Shown here piece after piece: positions 47,994 to 58,650 of a stretch of 64,000 bases of DNA; positions within the stretch are counted from its first letter, which is position 1, and each line of letters starts with the position of its first letter. The notes beneath the pieces are model-generated. The model ran no database searches and had not been told where the DNA came from. It saw only the letters and a list, made by a program, of their open reading frames with translations. The stretch is from Methanocellales archaeon (GTDB taxonomy: Archaea; Halobacteriota; UBA148): the NCBI GenBank assembly GCA_028715985.1, contig JAQUQR010000004.1, positions 73,223-137,222 on the forward strand, read 5' to 3'. The translations under genes and the position numbers were made by a program.

Positions 47994-48547
47994 GCAAGAT
48001 ATTTGGCAAATGGGATTTTTCTGATGTAAAAATTGATGATCTGGGTGTTAAGCAGTATATCAATCTGAACTCTATTTTGTTGCCTCACACGGGTGGAAAA
48101 GCCTTACAGCAGTTTAGTAAATCAAGAAGATCCATCATAGAACGTCTCATCAACAAGGTGATGCGAAGTGAGCATAACACCGGTAAAAAAACAAAAGCTT
48201 ATAATATCGTTAAGGACGCATTTGACATTATCTACGCTAAAACCAAGGAAAATCCCATGCAATCCCTCATAAAAGCGATTGAAAATGCGGGCCCCAGGGA
48301 AGAGACCGTCCGCTTAAAATATGGCGGAATATCAGTTCCAAAAGCCGTAGATACCTCTTCACAGAGGAGAGTGGATCAGGCTTTGATGTTCATCGTACAG
48401 GGCGCTCAAAGAGCCTCATTCAAAAATAAGAGGAGCATAGAAGAGTGCCTTGCCTCTGAGATCATAGCTGCCTCAAAGTATGATGTGAAGTCTTTTTCGA
48501 TCAGCAGGAAAGGTGAGAAAGAGCGGGTTGCGAAGGCAGCACGATGA
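47990..48547 (+). CDS. rps7: 30S ribosomal protein S7
   Basis: [26 protein letters not shown]. Confidence 0.97.
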   Translation: MSKIFGKWDFSDVKIDDLGVKQYINLNSILLPHTGGKALQQFSKSRRSIIERLINKVMRSEHNTGKKTKAYNIVKDAFDIIYAKTKENPMQSLIKAIENAGPREETVRLKYGGISVPKAVDTSSQRRVDQALMFIVQGAQRASFKNKRSIEECLASEIIAASKYDVKSFSISRKGEKERVAKAAR

Positions 48548-48822
48548 ACTCAAGGGTTCATGCTTTTATCATTGGAAGGGTTCAAGGAGTTTTCTTTAGG
48601 AGTTTTGTTGAATCAGAGGCGACATCCCTCGACATACGGGGTTGGGTGAGAAATCTAAGAGATGGCAGGGTTGAAGTTCTGGCCGAGGGCGATAAGGATG
48701 CTCTGGATGAATTGCTCAGGAGAATCAGGGAGGGCTCACCTAGGGCTCGGGTCGAGAAGGTCGATGTTATTTGGGAGGAATACGTTGGAGATCTGAAGGG
48801 GTTCAGAATCTTCTGGCTTTGA
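48544..48822 (+). CDS. acyP: Acylphosphatase
   Basis: [20 protein letters not shown]. Confidence 0.95.
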   Translation: MNSRVHAFIIGRVQGVFFRSFVESEATSLDIRGWVRNLRDGRVEVLAEGDKDALDELLRRIREGSPRARVEKVDVIWEEYVGDLKGFRIFWL

Positions 48823-48884
48823 TTTCATTTTGTAAAGCCTTATCCATTTTTAACCAATTAGGAAGCTGAAGAGACCTCCAATAC

Positions 48885-49490
48885 CTAAGATAAACGTAGT
48901 AGCCGTATCGCCATGACCTCCATCCAGAGTAAAGGAACACCCACCGCCATTCTTTGTAAGGCCCCCATCCAACCTTCTATCCCGCCGAAGATGAATGCCA
49001 AGCCAAGAATTGCCGTCAACAAACCGGTTGTCAAGGAGTATGGGCGATAACTCGCCCATCTTTGGTCCTTCCTGGATCGTCTGGCAATTGCGAAAGGTGC
49101 GATGGAGAACCCCAATCCTACCAGCATGGCGCCCATTACGTGCAGCATGACCGATACGTTTACAGTGCTCGGCTCTGCGTGAAAAAGTCCCACAGCGATC
49201 CAGCCAACGCCTGACATTGCTATCGAAGCTGGACCTATCTTTGAACCTTCTTTTATGCCACGATGAAATCCTAATGAAAAAGCAATCATCAATGCCCCCA
49301 ATAACATAAATCCTGCAGTGTTCATTATTATGGCATTTGGGCCCCCAACCTCTCCGAGCTCGCTCATGGGTTGCCTTAAATGGTTGTATCCGGGTCGAAG
49401 GAGCCCTATGACCATTAAAATAATGGTGTATAATATGGGGCCAACAATGCCGCAGATGGCCAGCATTCTTTGAACTGGTCGACTAGACAT
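48885..49490 (-). CDS. DUF998-like membrane protein
   Basis: PGYNH..QPMSELG; multiple TM helices; GALQR. Confidence 0.75.
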   Translation of the reverse strand: MSSRPVQRMLAICGIVGPILYTIILMVIGLLRPGYNHLRQPMSELGEVGGPNAIIMNTAGFMLLGALMIAFSLGFHRGIKEGSKIGPASIAMSGVGWIAVGLFHAEPSTVNVSVMLHVMGAMLVGLGFSIAPFAIARRSRKDQRWASYRPYSLTTGLLTAILGLAFIFGGIEGWMGALQRMAVGVPLLWMEVMAIRLLRLS

Positions 49491-49960
49491 CTTTTTTCAC
49501 CTTAGACTTCTGGAGTGTTATTAGTGCTATCCCTATTTATTATGCTTTTATATGGAATTATCTCACTTTCTGGGCCCCCTTTGCAATCGAAACGGGGATT
49601 GATTAATTATAATAAATATCTGTCAAACTAAATAAAAATATCAAATGCCGTGTTAATAAAATGCTAAACAATATTCAATATTCCAGCTACGGTTTCTTTA
49701 CTTTATACTATGTACCGCATGCCCTATACAATATATGGGGCATATAAAAACTGAGATAAAATCATGAAGTTCCGACTAAGCGTTGGAGAAGGAGAATAAT
49801 AAACTAGCAATGACAGTATCACACTTGTATCCCGAGTCCAAAAAGGATAAAGTGATATGAGGTAATACAATACTATTGGTAGGTTGACTTTAAATTTGGG
49901 GGATGTTGAACCATCGTTGTTTTTCACATAAATAATGGGGGCCCCTCTAAAAAAGAAGAG

Positions 49961-50764
49961 GTGAAAGAAATGGAGGATAAAAAACAATTGTCACCAGAAA
50001 ATATTTCGGCACCGGGAGCCTCTTACTTTGAGCTGCAAGCTTATTGGGGCGTCACAAAACATATGGGGGGTTTAAAGGCTACAAGAGAGCTAATTGAGTT
50101 ATGCCACATAAGTAAAGACAAATACGTCTTGGTTGTCGGTTGCGGCATTGGGACAACTCCTTGCTACATTGCAAAAAGATACGGTTGTAAAGTCGTGGGT
50201 ATGGATCTTTCTGAAAGGATGGTTGACAGGTTTCACAAAAAGACGAAACGAGAGCGGGTTGAACATAGGGTTGAATGTATGGTGGCAGATGCACAAAATC
50301 TCCCCTTCGATGACGCAATTTTTGACGCGGTCCTTTGCGAGTCAGTCAATGCATTCGTAGAAGACAAACAGAGAGCAGCAAGCGAGTATATGCGAGTTAC
50401 AAAGTCAGGGGGATACGTCGGGCTTAATGAGTGCATTTGGATGAAGGTACCACCTCCCGAGCTGGTCGAATATATATCTCGCATAATGGGTGCGGAGTTT
50501 CCGACTTGTAGCTGGAAAGAATTGTTGGAGGGACTGAGTGAGGTAGTAGCGAGAATTTATAAGGTTGGCATTATCAGTCAGTGGATTGACGAAGTTAGGC
50601 AGACGGATTTTTTAGATTTTTTAAGAGCATGGTGCAGGTTTCTCTTTCTGCTCCTAAAAAGTTCAGATTGCAGGAGGTTCTCAAAAGAAGCATTGGCTAT
50701 GCCCAAGAGCATTTTCGGTTTGTTCGAATATTTTGGATACGAAATATGCGTTGGTAGGAAATAA
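49961..50764 (+). CDS. Class I SAM-dependent methyltransferase
   Basis: KHMGGLKATREL, VLVVGCGIG, DAQNLPF..FD, RVTKSGG. Confidence 0.88.
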   Translation: MKEMEDKKQLSPENISAPGASYFELQAYWGVTKHMGGLKATRELIELCHISKDKYVLVVGCGIGTTPCYIAKRYGCKVVGMDLSERMVDRFHKKTKRERVEHRVECMVADAQNLPFDDAIFDAVLCESVNAFVEDKQRAASEYMRVTKSGGYVGLNECIWMKVPPPELVEYISRIMGAEFPTCSWKELLEGLSEVVARIYKVGIISQWIDEVRQTDFLDFLRAWCRFLFLLLKSSDCRRFSKEALAMPKSIFGLFEYFGYEICVGRK

Positions 50765-50872
50765 AAGGGGTTTGTTCTATTGGGCTTCGCGAAGGTTCAT
50801 GGGGGCTAAGTGGGGCTTTCCATAATATTTATGGGATTTGTGAGAAGTGTAAGATATTCTGATTTTGGAGGT

Positions 50873-51067
50873 TCAATCCTCGAAAATGAATAATTCGTCA
50901 ATGGTCGTTTTTAAGGCTTTAGCAATATCGTGGGCTAATTTGAGCGAAGGATTGTACTTTCCTTTTTCCAAGAAGAGGATGGTCTCTCTCCGAGCTCCGA
51001 CCATTTTGGCAAGATCCTCTTGGGTTAAATCGTACCGTGCTCTGAATTCCTTTATTCGGGTTTTCAT
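50873..51067 (-). CDS. XRE-family HTH transcriptional regulator
   Basis: [26 protein letters not shown]. Confidence 0.93.
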   Translation of the reverse strand: MKTRIKEFRARYDLTQEDLAKMVGARRETILFLEKGKYNPSLKLAHDIAKALKTTIDELFIFED

Positions 51068-51474
51068 TTTGTATCCCCCTTTCTTGCGAGGTATAGATAG
51101 GATGCCACAAAAACGAATCCTGAGACCAGTACCACAACTGCTGCAACATGATGACCTTCAAGCTCAATGTCCCATATGATTCCTGCGAGTAGATTGCTAC
51201 CAACTGCACTCCAAATTGCGGCGATAAAGCCATAGTGTCCTGCTTTATAACTGACTTGCACCAACCGTTCGTCTGTAGCAGGCAATCCCTTATTTATATT
51301 TTTTAGCCTGTCCCACAATACAAAGGCCGCAAAAGCTACCAATGTTAAGGCTATCCCTATTGATGTTATATCACTTAATTCGATATTTCCTGCAGATTTT
51401 ACGAAAAAGGCCAGCGTCACTAGTACTGCAAATGCTATCCCAATGCCTGCAAAAATTCCGAGTTTATCTTTCAT
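51064..51474 (-). CDS. DUF2178-like membrane protein
   Basis: Four TM helices and a DER....YKAG motif; translationally coupled to the XRE gene; GAGGTG RBS before ATG 51474. Confidence 0.75.
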   Translation of the reverse strand: MKDKLGIFAGIGIAFAVLVTLAFFVKSAGNIELSDITSIGIALTLVAFAAFVLWDRLKNINKGLPATDERLVQVSYKAGHYGFIAAIWSAVGSNLLAGIIWDIELEGHHVAAVVVLVSGFVFVASYLYLARKGDTK

Positions 51475-51498
51475 ATTTTTCCACCTCTTTTTATTTAT

Positions 51499-51577
51499 GT
51501 TAGTTAATGACAACTTTTTATTAGATGTCAATAACTTTTTATTATCTATTTCTAACATTATGTTATGTATACATAAC
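51499..51577. promoter_or_regulatory. Four phased palindromic operator-like sites RTTA-N8-YAAC
   Basis: Sites start at 51499, 51520, 51541 and 51562 (21-bp period). The last sits inside the perfect 20-bp palindrome ATGTTATGTATACATAACAT. A minus-strand BRE/TATA lies at about 51584-51598. Confidence 0.75.
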
Positions 51578-51895
51578 ATGAGGTATTTATAGTTTTCTGC
51601 TCTTTGTACTGCATAATTTTTTGAGTAGACTTGAATATAGGGAAAGCTTTGGAAAGAGGAAACTCATGGCTGGAATAAATCATCCAATATAAAGAAACCT
51701 TCCATTTTTTATACACGTGCTGAAATCCGTCTCAGGAAAACTTTCATTTGCACTCCTTTCTGAATGTTTGAACTCTTTTAACCCCTTGGTAAATCTTTAT
51801 TTATATTCAGAATTGATATATTCTGAAGAGGGTTGGTATGTGGGCGGAAAGAAAACACCGTCTTAAGTTTAACAATGGGGTGGAATTGAGGCAAT

Positions 51896-52171
51896 ATGTT
51901 TAAGAAATGTCCTGGCGTTAGGGATGTTTTGCGGCCAGATATAATAGTGAGAACATGTCCCTCTTGTGGGGATGATGTGGAGTTTTTTAGCGACGAGACA
52001 GAAGCAGATTGCCCCTCTTGTGGGAGAACGTTGCATAGGGATGCAACCCCTTCATGTGTCAGTTGGTGTGAGTATGCCTCAAAATGTATTGAAGACTTGG
52101 TGGAAAGAAAACTCATAACTCCATCTAGGGCGGAGGAACTTATGAAGATGGCAAAGAAGGCCAATAAATAG
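51896..52171 (+). CDS. Small Cys-rich zinc-ribbon protein
   Basis: CPG...CPSCG.DVEFFSDE...CPSCG...SCVSWC..A..C. Confidence 0.75.
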   Translation: MFKKCPGVRDVLRPDIIVRTCPSCGDDVEFFSDETEADCPSCGRTLHRDATPSCVSWCEYASKCIEDLVERKLITPSRAEELMKMAKKANK

Positions 52172-52382
52172 GTTGCTCGTCTTTTTGTATACTGGCTTAT
52201 TCAAGCGTTTCTCTTTCGAATCCCGGTAATATTGATTTTATGGGAGCGATAAAGCACATAATTTTTTTTAAATATTTTAAGTAATTATCATACTTCAACG
52301 TGCAAAAATCTAAAGATACGCTATTTATTTACACAGAATACAAATTTGCTTTTGTTCCCTGAGTGAATTTCCCTCTTTTATT

Positions 52383-52664
52383 TTATTCTGTTAGCTCCTC
52401 AACTTCTTTCCTGCCCTCTTCCAAGGCCTCTAATTGCTCTTCATCATCTTTTAATAGCAACGTTTGGAATTCCCCCACATGTTCCTTTTCCTCTCTTGCT
52501 ACGTCCAAAAGGACTTTCTTGATGTTTTTGTTCTCGGTCATAGCTGCCATTTGTTCATAGAGATTTATGGCATCTAGTTCTGCTATTACTCCAGCTCTTA
52601 ATATCTCTTTATCCAAGTCTTCTTTTTTCGCTCTTTCAAGGTTTATGGGTATTTTTGATAGCAT
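52383..52664 (-). CDS. Short ferritin-like protein (encapsulated-ferritin/Flp type)
   Basis: AELDAINLYEQ and EEKEHVGE half-bundle ferroxidase motifs. Confidence 0.85.
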   Translation of the reverse strand: MLSKIPINLERAKKEDLDKEILRAGVIAELDAINLYEQMAAMTENKNIKKVLLDVAREEKEHVGEFQTLLLKDDEEQLEALEEGRKEVEELTE

Positions 52665-53071
52665 ATTTTCGATTCTCCTTTTTTGACATACAGTTAATAT
52701 CCAGCTTCTATTTAACCAAGGTATCTTTCTTCCTTATATCCTAATAAGAGTTTTGTGTTTCTTCTGATTCCACCAATCGATCCTTAATTGGGTCATGCTC
52801 CAGCTCCACTAACTCATTTAATTCTATGTTTGTTCTGCTTTTTAGGGTGATCAGCATTCTTCCGATTACAGCAAATCTCACGGGCCTCTAATTATAATGA
52901 ATGCTTGTTACCGCCTATAAATTTTGCGTACACTAGCTGAAATATATTTTTCTTCGCCTACCTGTGAAAAATTTTTATTGTCTTAAGCCAAAATGCATCC
53001 AATCTCCGGAGAAAAATTATTCTCGTCAAACATTTATAAGGTTAAGTGATAATGGTAGTGAATGATAAATA

Positions 53072-53740
53072 ATGGTAGTCAATATGGAAGTCATCAGTCT
53101 GATTTGCAAGGATGAACCTGGCGTATTAAGAGACGTATCCGGCACTGTAGCCAAGCACAATGGCAATATCAAGTATGTTCAGTTGTTTATCATCGAACGG
53201 GGCAAGCATAAAGGAAATGCCTTGATATACATGGAGATCGATGTTGAGGAAGTGGCTCCACTCATCTCTGATCTGAATTCATTGGCTTCTGTGCTAGAGG
53301 TTGCCACACCGCCATCTTTCAGTGACATCTACGGCTCCCGCGTTATAATCGTTGGCGGTGGAGCACAAGTCGCACAAGTAGCTATGGGTGCTATCAATGA
53401 GGCGGATCGACACAATATTCGGGGCGAAAGAATAAGCATCGACACCATCCCTCTTGTGGGGGAGGATTCTTTGGCGGATTCGGTAGCAGCTGTATCACGC
53501 CTCCCTAGGGCGGAAATACTCATTTTAGCAGGCTCGTTGATGGGTGGAAGAATTACCAAAGAGGTTGAGAAGTTACGTGAGGCAGGCATTCCAGTCATAG
53601 CACTCAACATGGCTGGGAGCGTGCCAGATGCAGTGGATCTGGTTGTGACAGATCCCATTCAAGCGGGAACGTTTGCGGTGATGCATGTGGCCAAGACGGC
53701 TGAGTTCGATCTGAAGAAGGTCAAGGGGAGGAGATTTTAG
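53072..53740 (+). CDS. ACT-domain / DUF5612-like protein
   Basis: DEPGVLRDV (ACT); RVIIVGGGAQVAQVA.GAI.EADRHNIRGERISIDTIP. Confidence 0.85.
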   Translation: MVVNMEVISLICKDEPGVLRDVSGTVAKHNGNIKYVQLFIIERGKHKGNALIYMEIDVEEVAPLISDLNSLASVLEVATPPSFSDIYGSRVIIVGGGAQVAQVAMGAINEADRHNIRGERISIDTIPLVGEDSLADSVAAVSRLPRAEILILAGSLMGGRITKEVEKLREAGIPVIALNMAGSVPDAVDLVVTDPIQAGTFAVMHVAKTAEFDLKKVKGRRF

Positions 53741-54221
53741 CTTCAAACCTCTTTTTGATCGTTTCTGGAAAGTTTGCGTTCAATTCAAAGTACTCCAGGA
53801 ATGCATCCGTGGTGCTGATCACATTCGTTCTACCTTTTTTGGTGCTAACGATCAATCCCCTCTCTTCCAACTCTGAGATGTGGGAATAGGCCTTATTACC
53901 TCTGATGCCAACGACATCTGATTGTGTGATTGGCTGGTGGTAGGCTATCACTGACAGTGTTCTGAGTACAGGTGTGCTGAGATCCTTGGGTGCTATCTTC
54001 TCCACACTTTCTGCATATTTCTGCTTGATCTGTATCAGATATTTATCATTGATCTTGATCAGCTCAAGCGCAGTATCCCGGGCTTTATATTCTTCGATGA
54101 GGGCTTGCATTATGCTGGAGACTTCTCCCGATGAACGGCCGATAAGTTCAGCCAATTCAGCCGTAGATAGTGCCCTGCCTGTAGCGAAAAGGGCTGCCTC
54201 CAGAATTTTTTTATCATTCAT
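53721..54221 (-). CDS. scpB: Segregation/condensation protein ScpB
   Basis: LEAALFA, LRTLSVIAYHQPITQS, IRG, TT..FL.YF. Confidence 0.93.
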   Translation of the reverse strand: MNDKKILEAALFATGRALSTAELAELIGRSSGEVSSIMQALIEEYKARDTALELIKINDKYLIQIKQKYAESVEKIAPKDLSTPVLRTLSVIAYHQPITQSDVVGIRGNKAYSHISELEERGLIVSTKKGRTNVISTTDAFLEYFELNANFPETIKKRFEAKISSP

Positions 54222-54882
54222 GTCTACATTTAACGTACAGATCGCCAAACAGCTCTTTTTGCTCTAACCAGATTTGCTTTCTGTCTGCCATGAACAGCAA
54301 TGGAACGTATGTTCGGATGATGCATGAAGGCGTCCTCTCTTCAATCAGTTCATCGAACATGACACGATCTTGCTTTTGGAATTTTTTACTCAGCTTGCTC
54401 CCTATCGTTTGTATCATGCCCTCGATATCCTCTTCATGCGCGATCTTGAGCACATCTTCCGGGGTAGGCATGCACTCCACTTTTATAAGCCGCCTCTTAT
54501 TGCTTCGCTCCTTTCGATCCATTGCCTTTTTCAATTCGTCTATTAACTCACTAAGTGTCACAGGTCTCTTGGATTCTCTCCTTATCCTCGGGTGTAAGGA
54601 GGGGTATTCATCCGTCTGAAAGTACTCGGGTTGGAAGCCAAATAGTTCCCACTCAAACTCCTCTTCCTCTTGCTTTTTGTCTACCAGTACTTCTGATTTC
54701 ATGCGCAAGAGCATTGAAGCGTAGAGGAGGGTCCTGCCAGATACTCTGAGATCCAGCTGTTTGAGCTCCTCTAATTTTTTGAGAAACTTATCCGTTACAT
54801 CTATTATGTCGATGTTCCAAGGGTCGATCTCGCCTTTAGAAGCAAGCTCCACCAAGATCTCAACTGGCTCTATCGTATCCAT
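54214..54882 (-). CDS. scpA: Kleisin ScpA
   Basis: GEIDPWNIDI, SGRTLLYAS.LLRMKS, RPVTL.ELI, LEQKELFG. Confidence 0.93.
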   Translation of the reverse strand: MDTIEPVEILVELASKGEIDPWNIDIIDVTDKFLKKLEELKQLDLRVSGRTLLYASMLLRMKSEVLVDKKQEEEEFEWELFGFQPEYFQTDEYPSLHPRIRRESKRPVTLSELIDELKKAMDRKERSNKRRLIKVECMPTPEDVLKIAHEEDIEGMIQTIGSKLSKKFQKQDRVMFDELIEERTPSCIIRTYVPLLFMADRKQIWLEQKELFGDLYVKCRHE

Positions 54883-54915
54883 CTCTATCTATCTATTCAT
54901 CCATCTATCTATCCG

Positions 54916-57900
54916 TCAATTCAACATCACGCCTGTTATGCTGGAGACATTATCTTCCTGCATCGTTACGCCTATGGTTCTATCTGCGGATTCTATCATC
55001 GGTTTTCTTAGTGACACGACTATGAACTGCCCGTCTTTCGAGGCATCCTTTATCACTTTCGCGACCCTTTCCGCATTAGAGCCATCCAGATACATGTCGA
55101 TTTCATCAAACACATAGAATGGGGAAGGTCTGTGTTTTTGTATCGCTAAAATGAATGCTAGTGCAGTCAAGCTCTTCTCTCCTCCGGACAAAGCCTCCAT
55201 GTGATGTATTGCCTTACCAGACGGCTCAGCCTTGATGGATAACCCTCCTGCGAATGGATCCTCCCAGTTCTCAAGTATCAGTTCCCCTTCTCCATCCGAT
55301 AGTCGAGCGAACACATCCTTAAAGTGCGCGTTGATTGCCAGAAAATTCTCCATGAATGTGTCTTTCTTCATCTGTTCATATTGCTTTATCCTGTTGAGGA
55401 GCTCATTTCGCTCCTCGAACAACACATCTCTCTTTTGTTGGAGGTCCTGCTGACGATCTTGAACCTGTTCATATTCCTCTATGGCACGCATGTTTACCGG
55501 CTCTAATGCTGCCATCTCGCTTTCCAAGCTCACAATTTTTTCTTTGATGGAATTGCTCGATGGGATATCTTTTGCATCTTGTATTCCTGCGGAAATGATC
55601 TCCCTGTCTATATCGTTGAACTGTACCTGCAATTCCTCCCTGGTGGCTTCGAGAGATCCCATCTTCACATCCACCAAATCTATATTCCTCTGGACATCGC
55701 CCTTCTCAGTCTCAGCCTTAACCTGCTCGCTCAATAATTCGTCTCTAATTTCACGCAGATCAGCCAATTCGGTTTCCAGTTCATTCTTTCTGTCTTCCCC
55801 GATCTCTAGGTCCTTCTCAAGCCCAACGATTTGGTCCCCGTTCCCTTTTATCTTGGTGTTTAGCAGGCCCTTTCTTTCCTCTAGCGAACCCAGCCTCTCC
55901 TTGTGCTCCTCTACTCTTGATGCACAGAAGTCCCTTTCTATGTGCAGCGCATTCATTCTGACATCTATCTCACGTGCCCTGTCCTCCAACCGTCTGATCT
56001 CAGACTCCATTCTATCGGACTCATTTGCTAGCGATGGTATCTCTGATCCCGCGAGTTCAGCTTCCAGCCCTTCGATTTCGCTTCCAAGAGCGGAAATTTT
56101 GTCATCAGCTTCCGCGATCGAAAGCTCTATAGATGCTATCTCATCTCCCAATCTTTTTCTCGCTGTGGATATGCTCCCTATTTCATCCTCTTTTATCTTG
56201 ATTAATTCGTTATATCGATCTTTTAACTCCTCTCGATCCGCCAACATCCTTTTCTTTCCAGCGATTTCGGTATCTATGTCTGTTGTGCCCCTGATGGTGG
56301 AGGATATTTGGCTTTCGATGGCATCCATGTCCTCAATGCATTTTTGCCGCTTAGATTCATAGATGGTTATCTGTTCCGCCAGCTCTCTTAGCTTGTCCTC
56401 CTCTGTTGCAACGAACTTGAACCTCGATTTCGGAGCCGTGCCGCCGGTCATCGCACCGCTCTTTTCGATCAAATCCCCCTCAATTGTCACCATCCTTCTG
56501 GGCATCAGTTCTCTTGCTGCATCCAGATCGCTAACCACGAGCGTATCTCCAAAAACATAGCTGAATGCTGCATTGAATTGGGGGTCGTATTCCACAAGAT
56601 TTATCGCATAATCGATTACGCCTTTTTCTTTGACCTCTTCCAGCAGCCTGGGTTTTTGCATTTTGTTCAGCGGCAGGAAGGTCGCTCGGCCCGAACCATC
56701 CGCCTTCAAAAACTCGATAGCACGCGTGGCATCTTCATCCGTGCTGACGACTATGCACTGCATTCTGCTCCCAGCTGCGATCTCCAATGCTAACGCATAT
56801 TTTTCGTCGACTTTGCCCAGTTCAGCGATCGTTCCATAGATGCCTGACAGCATGCGATCTTTTTTCGCGCTTAAAATTCTTTCAACCGCATGGTAATATC
56901 TCGTCTCTTCTGCCGCTTTTACTCTCGCTTCTATCTTGGCATATTCCTGCTGGAGATTCCATAATTTGTTTTCTGCTTCGCTCAATTCTCTTTTCAGATC
57001 GAATTTTTTGCCTTCCAGATCTTTTTTGTAATCTGACTTCTTTTTAAGCTCCTTTTCAAGCTCTCTGAGCTCTTCGTGGATTTGCCTAATTTCGCTCTCA
57101 GCTTGATAAATGCGCTCCCTGGCGTTCGATATCTCTCTCTCGGCCCTGCTCACCTCGGCATCATTTCGCCTCATCTCATCGAGCAATCGATCCTTCGCTC
57201 GGAGCAATTCGTTTTTATCATCCCTCTTTTGTTCTATCTGCTTTTTGAACTCTACGAGGCTATCGCGTGTGCCGGCAAATTTTGCATCCACCTTTGCGAT
57301 TTTAGCCTGAATTATGGATAATGCTTCTTTTCTATCGCTCATCTCTGCGAGCAAGCTCCCCTTTCGGACCTCCTCTTCTCCCGCTTGGGCTGTCAGCCCT
57401 TCTATCTTGTGTTGCGTCCTATCTATCTCGATGAACGTTCCCCTTCGCTCCTTCTCAAGCTCTTCTATTTCGTTTTGGGAAAATTCGATGGCATTCTTGC
57501 AGAAAGCGATCTTGCCCTGGAGGTCCATGATACCCTCTTTTATCTTGATCTGTTCGTCCTCCCCTTTCATCAGGATTTGTTCGTTTAAAGTGCCTAATTT
57601 TTCCTCCAGCTCCGATATCCTAGCTCGGATACCAGTTATCTCGCCTACCAAGCCGTCTTTCCTCGAATTTTGGATTTGCAGCTCTTTGATGACTTTTTTC
57701 AGCTTTCCGCTAACGCTTTCCCTTTTTGCCAGTAGAGTGAAAGCTTCATAGCGATGTTTTTCGTTCCGAAGCGCTTGATATTTGAGTGCCTGCTCCCTTT
57801 CACCAGACAATTGCTCCAGTCTGGAGTTCACCTCAGAGAGGAGGATCTCAGCGTGATCTATGCGCTCTCTAACGGTTTCAAGCTCTTTTAAGGATCGCTC

Positions 57901-58437
57901 TTTTTTCTCATCGAATTCTGCGACACCTGCGATCTCATCTATGACCTTTCTCCGCTCTGTGGGGCTCATGCTAATGGTCCTGGTGATGTCCCCTTGCACG
58001 ACCACATTATAACCTTCCGGGAATATCTTGGACTTGGAGAGATATGTCCGAAGCTCGCTTAGGCTGCACGGCCTGTCGTTAAGATAATAGTTGCTGTAAT
58101 AGCCTGCTTCGGTCCGCTGAATCCTCCTCTTTACTTTGACCACATCCTGGTCGAGGGGGAATTCCCTGTCAGCATTATCAAAATTGATGGTCACTTCCGC
58201 ATGGTCTGGGTTTTTCCCGTTAACATTGTATATGAGGTCTGTCAGCCTTTCAGCCCTCATCATTTTGGAAGAGGATAAACCCAGTACGAAAAGGATGGCA
58301 TCGATGATGTTCGACTTTCCGCTGCCATTGGGCCCAGATATGGTCGTGAAATCATCGAAAAAGGAAATCTTCACCCTTTTTCCAAAAGACTTAAAATTCC
58401 TGAGATCGATATCTTTTATATGCAAGGCTAGCCCCAT
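54916..58437 (-). CDS. smc: Chromosome segregation protein SMC
   Basis: NFKSF, GPNGSGKSN, hinge GRATFLPL, LSGGEKS, FDEID. Confidence 0.97.
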   Translation of the reverse strand: MGLALHIKDIDLRNFKSFGKRVKISFFDDFTTISGPNGSGKSNIIDAILFVLGLSSSKMMRAERLTDLIYNVNGKNPDHAEVTINFDNADREFPLDQDVVKVKRRIQRTEAGYYSNYYLNDRPCSLSELRTYLSKSKIFPEGYNVVVQGDITRTISMSPTERRKVIDEIAGVAEFDEKKERSLKELETVRERIDHAEILLSEVNSRLEQLSGEREQALKYQALRNEKHRYEAFTLLAKRESVSGKLKKVIKELQIQNSRKDGLVGEITGIRARISELEEKLGTLNEQILMKGEDEQIKIKEGIMDLQGKIAFCKNAIEFSQNEIEELEKERRGTFIEIDRTQHKIEGLTAQAGEEEVRKGSLLAEMSDRKEALSIIQAKIAKVDAKFAGTRDSLVEFKKQIEQKRDDKNELLRAKDRLLDEMRRNDAEVSRAEREISNARERIYQAESEIRQIHEELRELEKELKKKSDYKKDLEGKKFDLKRELSEAENKLWNLQQEYAKIEARVKAAEETRYYHAVERILSAKKDRMLSGIYGTIAELGKVDEKYALALEIAAGSRMQCIVVSTDEDATRAIEFLKADGSGRATFLPLNKMQKPRLLEEVKEKGVIDYAINLVEYDPQFNAAFSYVFGDTLVVSDLDAARELMPRRMVTIEGDLIEKSGAMTGGTAPKSRFKFVATEEDKLRELAEQITIYESKRQKCIEDMDAIESQISSTIRGTTDIDTEIAGKKRMLADREELKDRYNELIKIKEDEIGSISTARKRLGDEIASIELSIAEADDKISALGSEIEGLEAELAGSEIPSLANESDRMESEIRRLEDRAREIDVRMNALHIERDFCASRVEEHKERLGSLEERKGLLNTKIKGNGDQIVGLEKDLEIGEDRKNELETELADLREIRDELLSEQVKAETEKGDVQRNIDLVDVKMGSLEATREELQVQFNDIDREIISAGIQDAKDIPSSNSIKEKIVSLESEMAALEPVNMRAIEEYEQVQDRQQDLQQKRDVLFEERNELLNRIKQYEQMKKDTFMENFLAINAHFKDVFARLSDGEGELILENWEDPFAGGLSIKAEPSGKAIHHMEALSGGEKSLTALAFILAIQKHRPSPFYVFDEIDMYLDGSNAERVAKVIKDASKDGQFIVVSLRKPMIESADRTIGVTMQEDNVSSITGVMLN

Positions 58438-58650
58438 CCCTCTATATAATAATCAACCAAAGAGCATATATATTTTATGGTTGTTATAATGGATTTTAAT
58501 TGCAGTAGTATCTTAATTATTGTCGGGTATTTTTTAATCTTGATGAAGAGGTCATTTGTGGTTCAGAAAGTAAAAAAGAACATCAACCCAAGTCGATGAT
58601 TGGATAGTAGAACAATGATAAGAACCCCCTATGAGTGGGTTTATATATAA

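Noticed and set aside
55481..56362. 293-aa plus-strand ORF, and similarly 25606-26274
   Set aside because: These are antisense shadows of smc and leuA.
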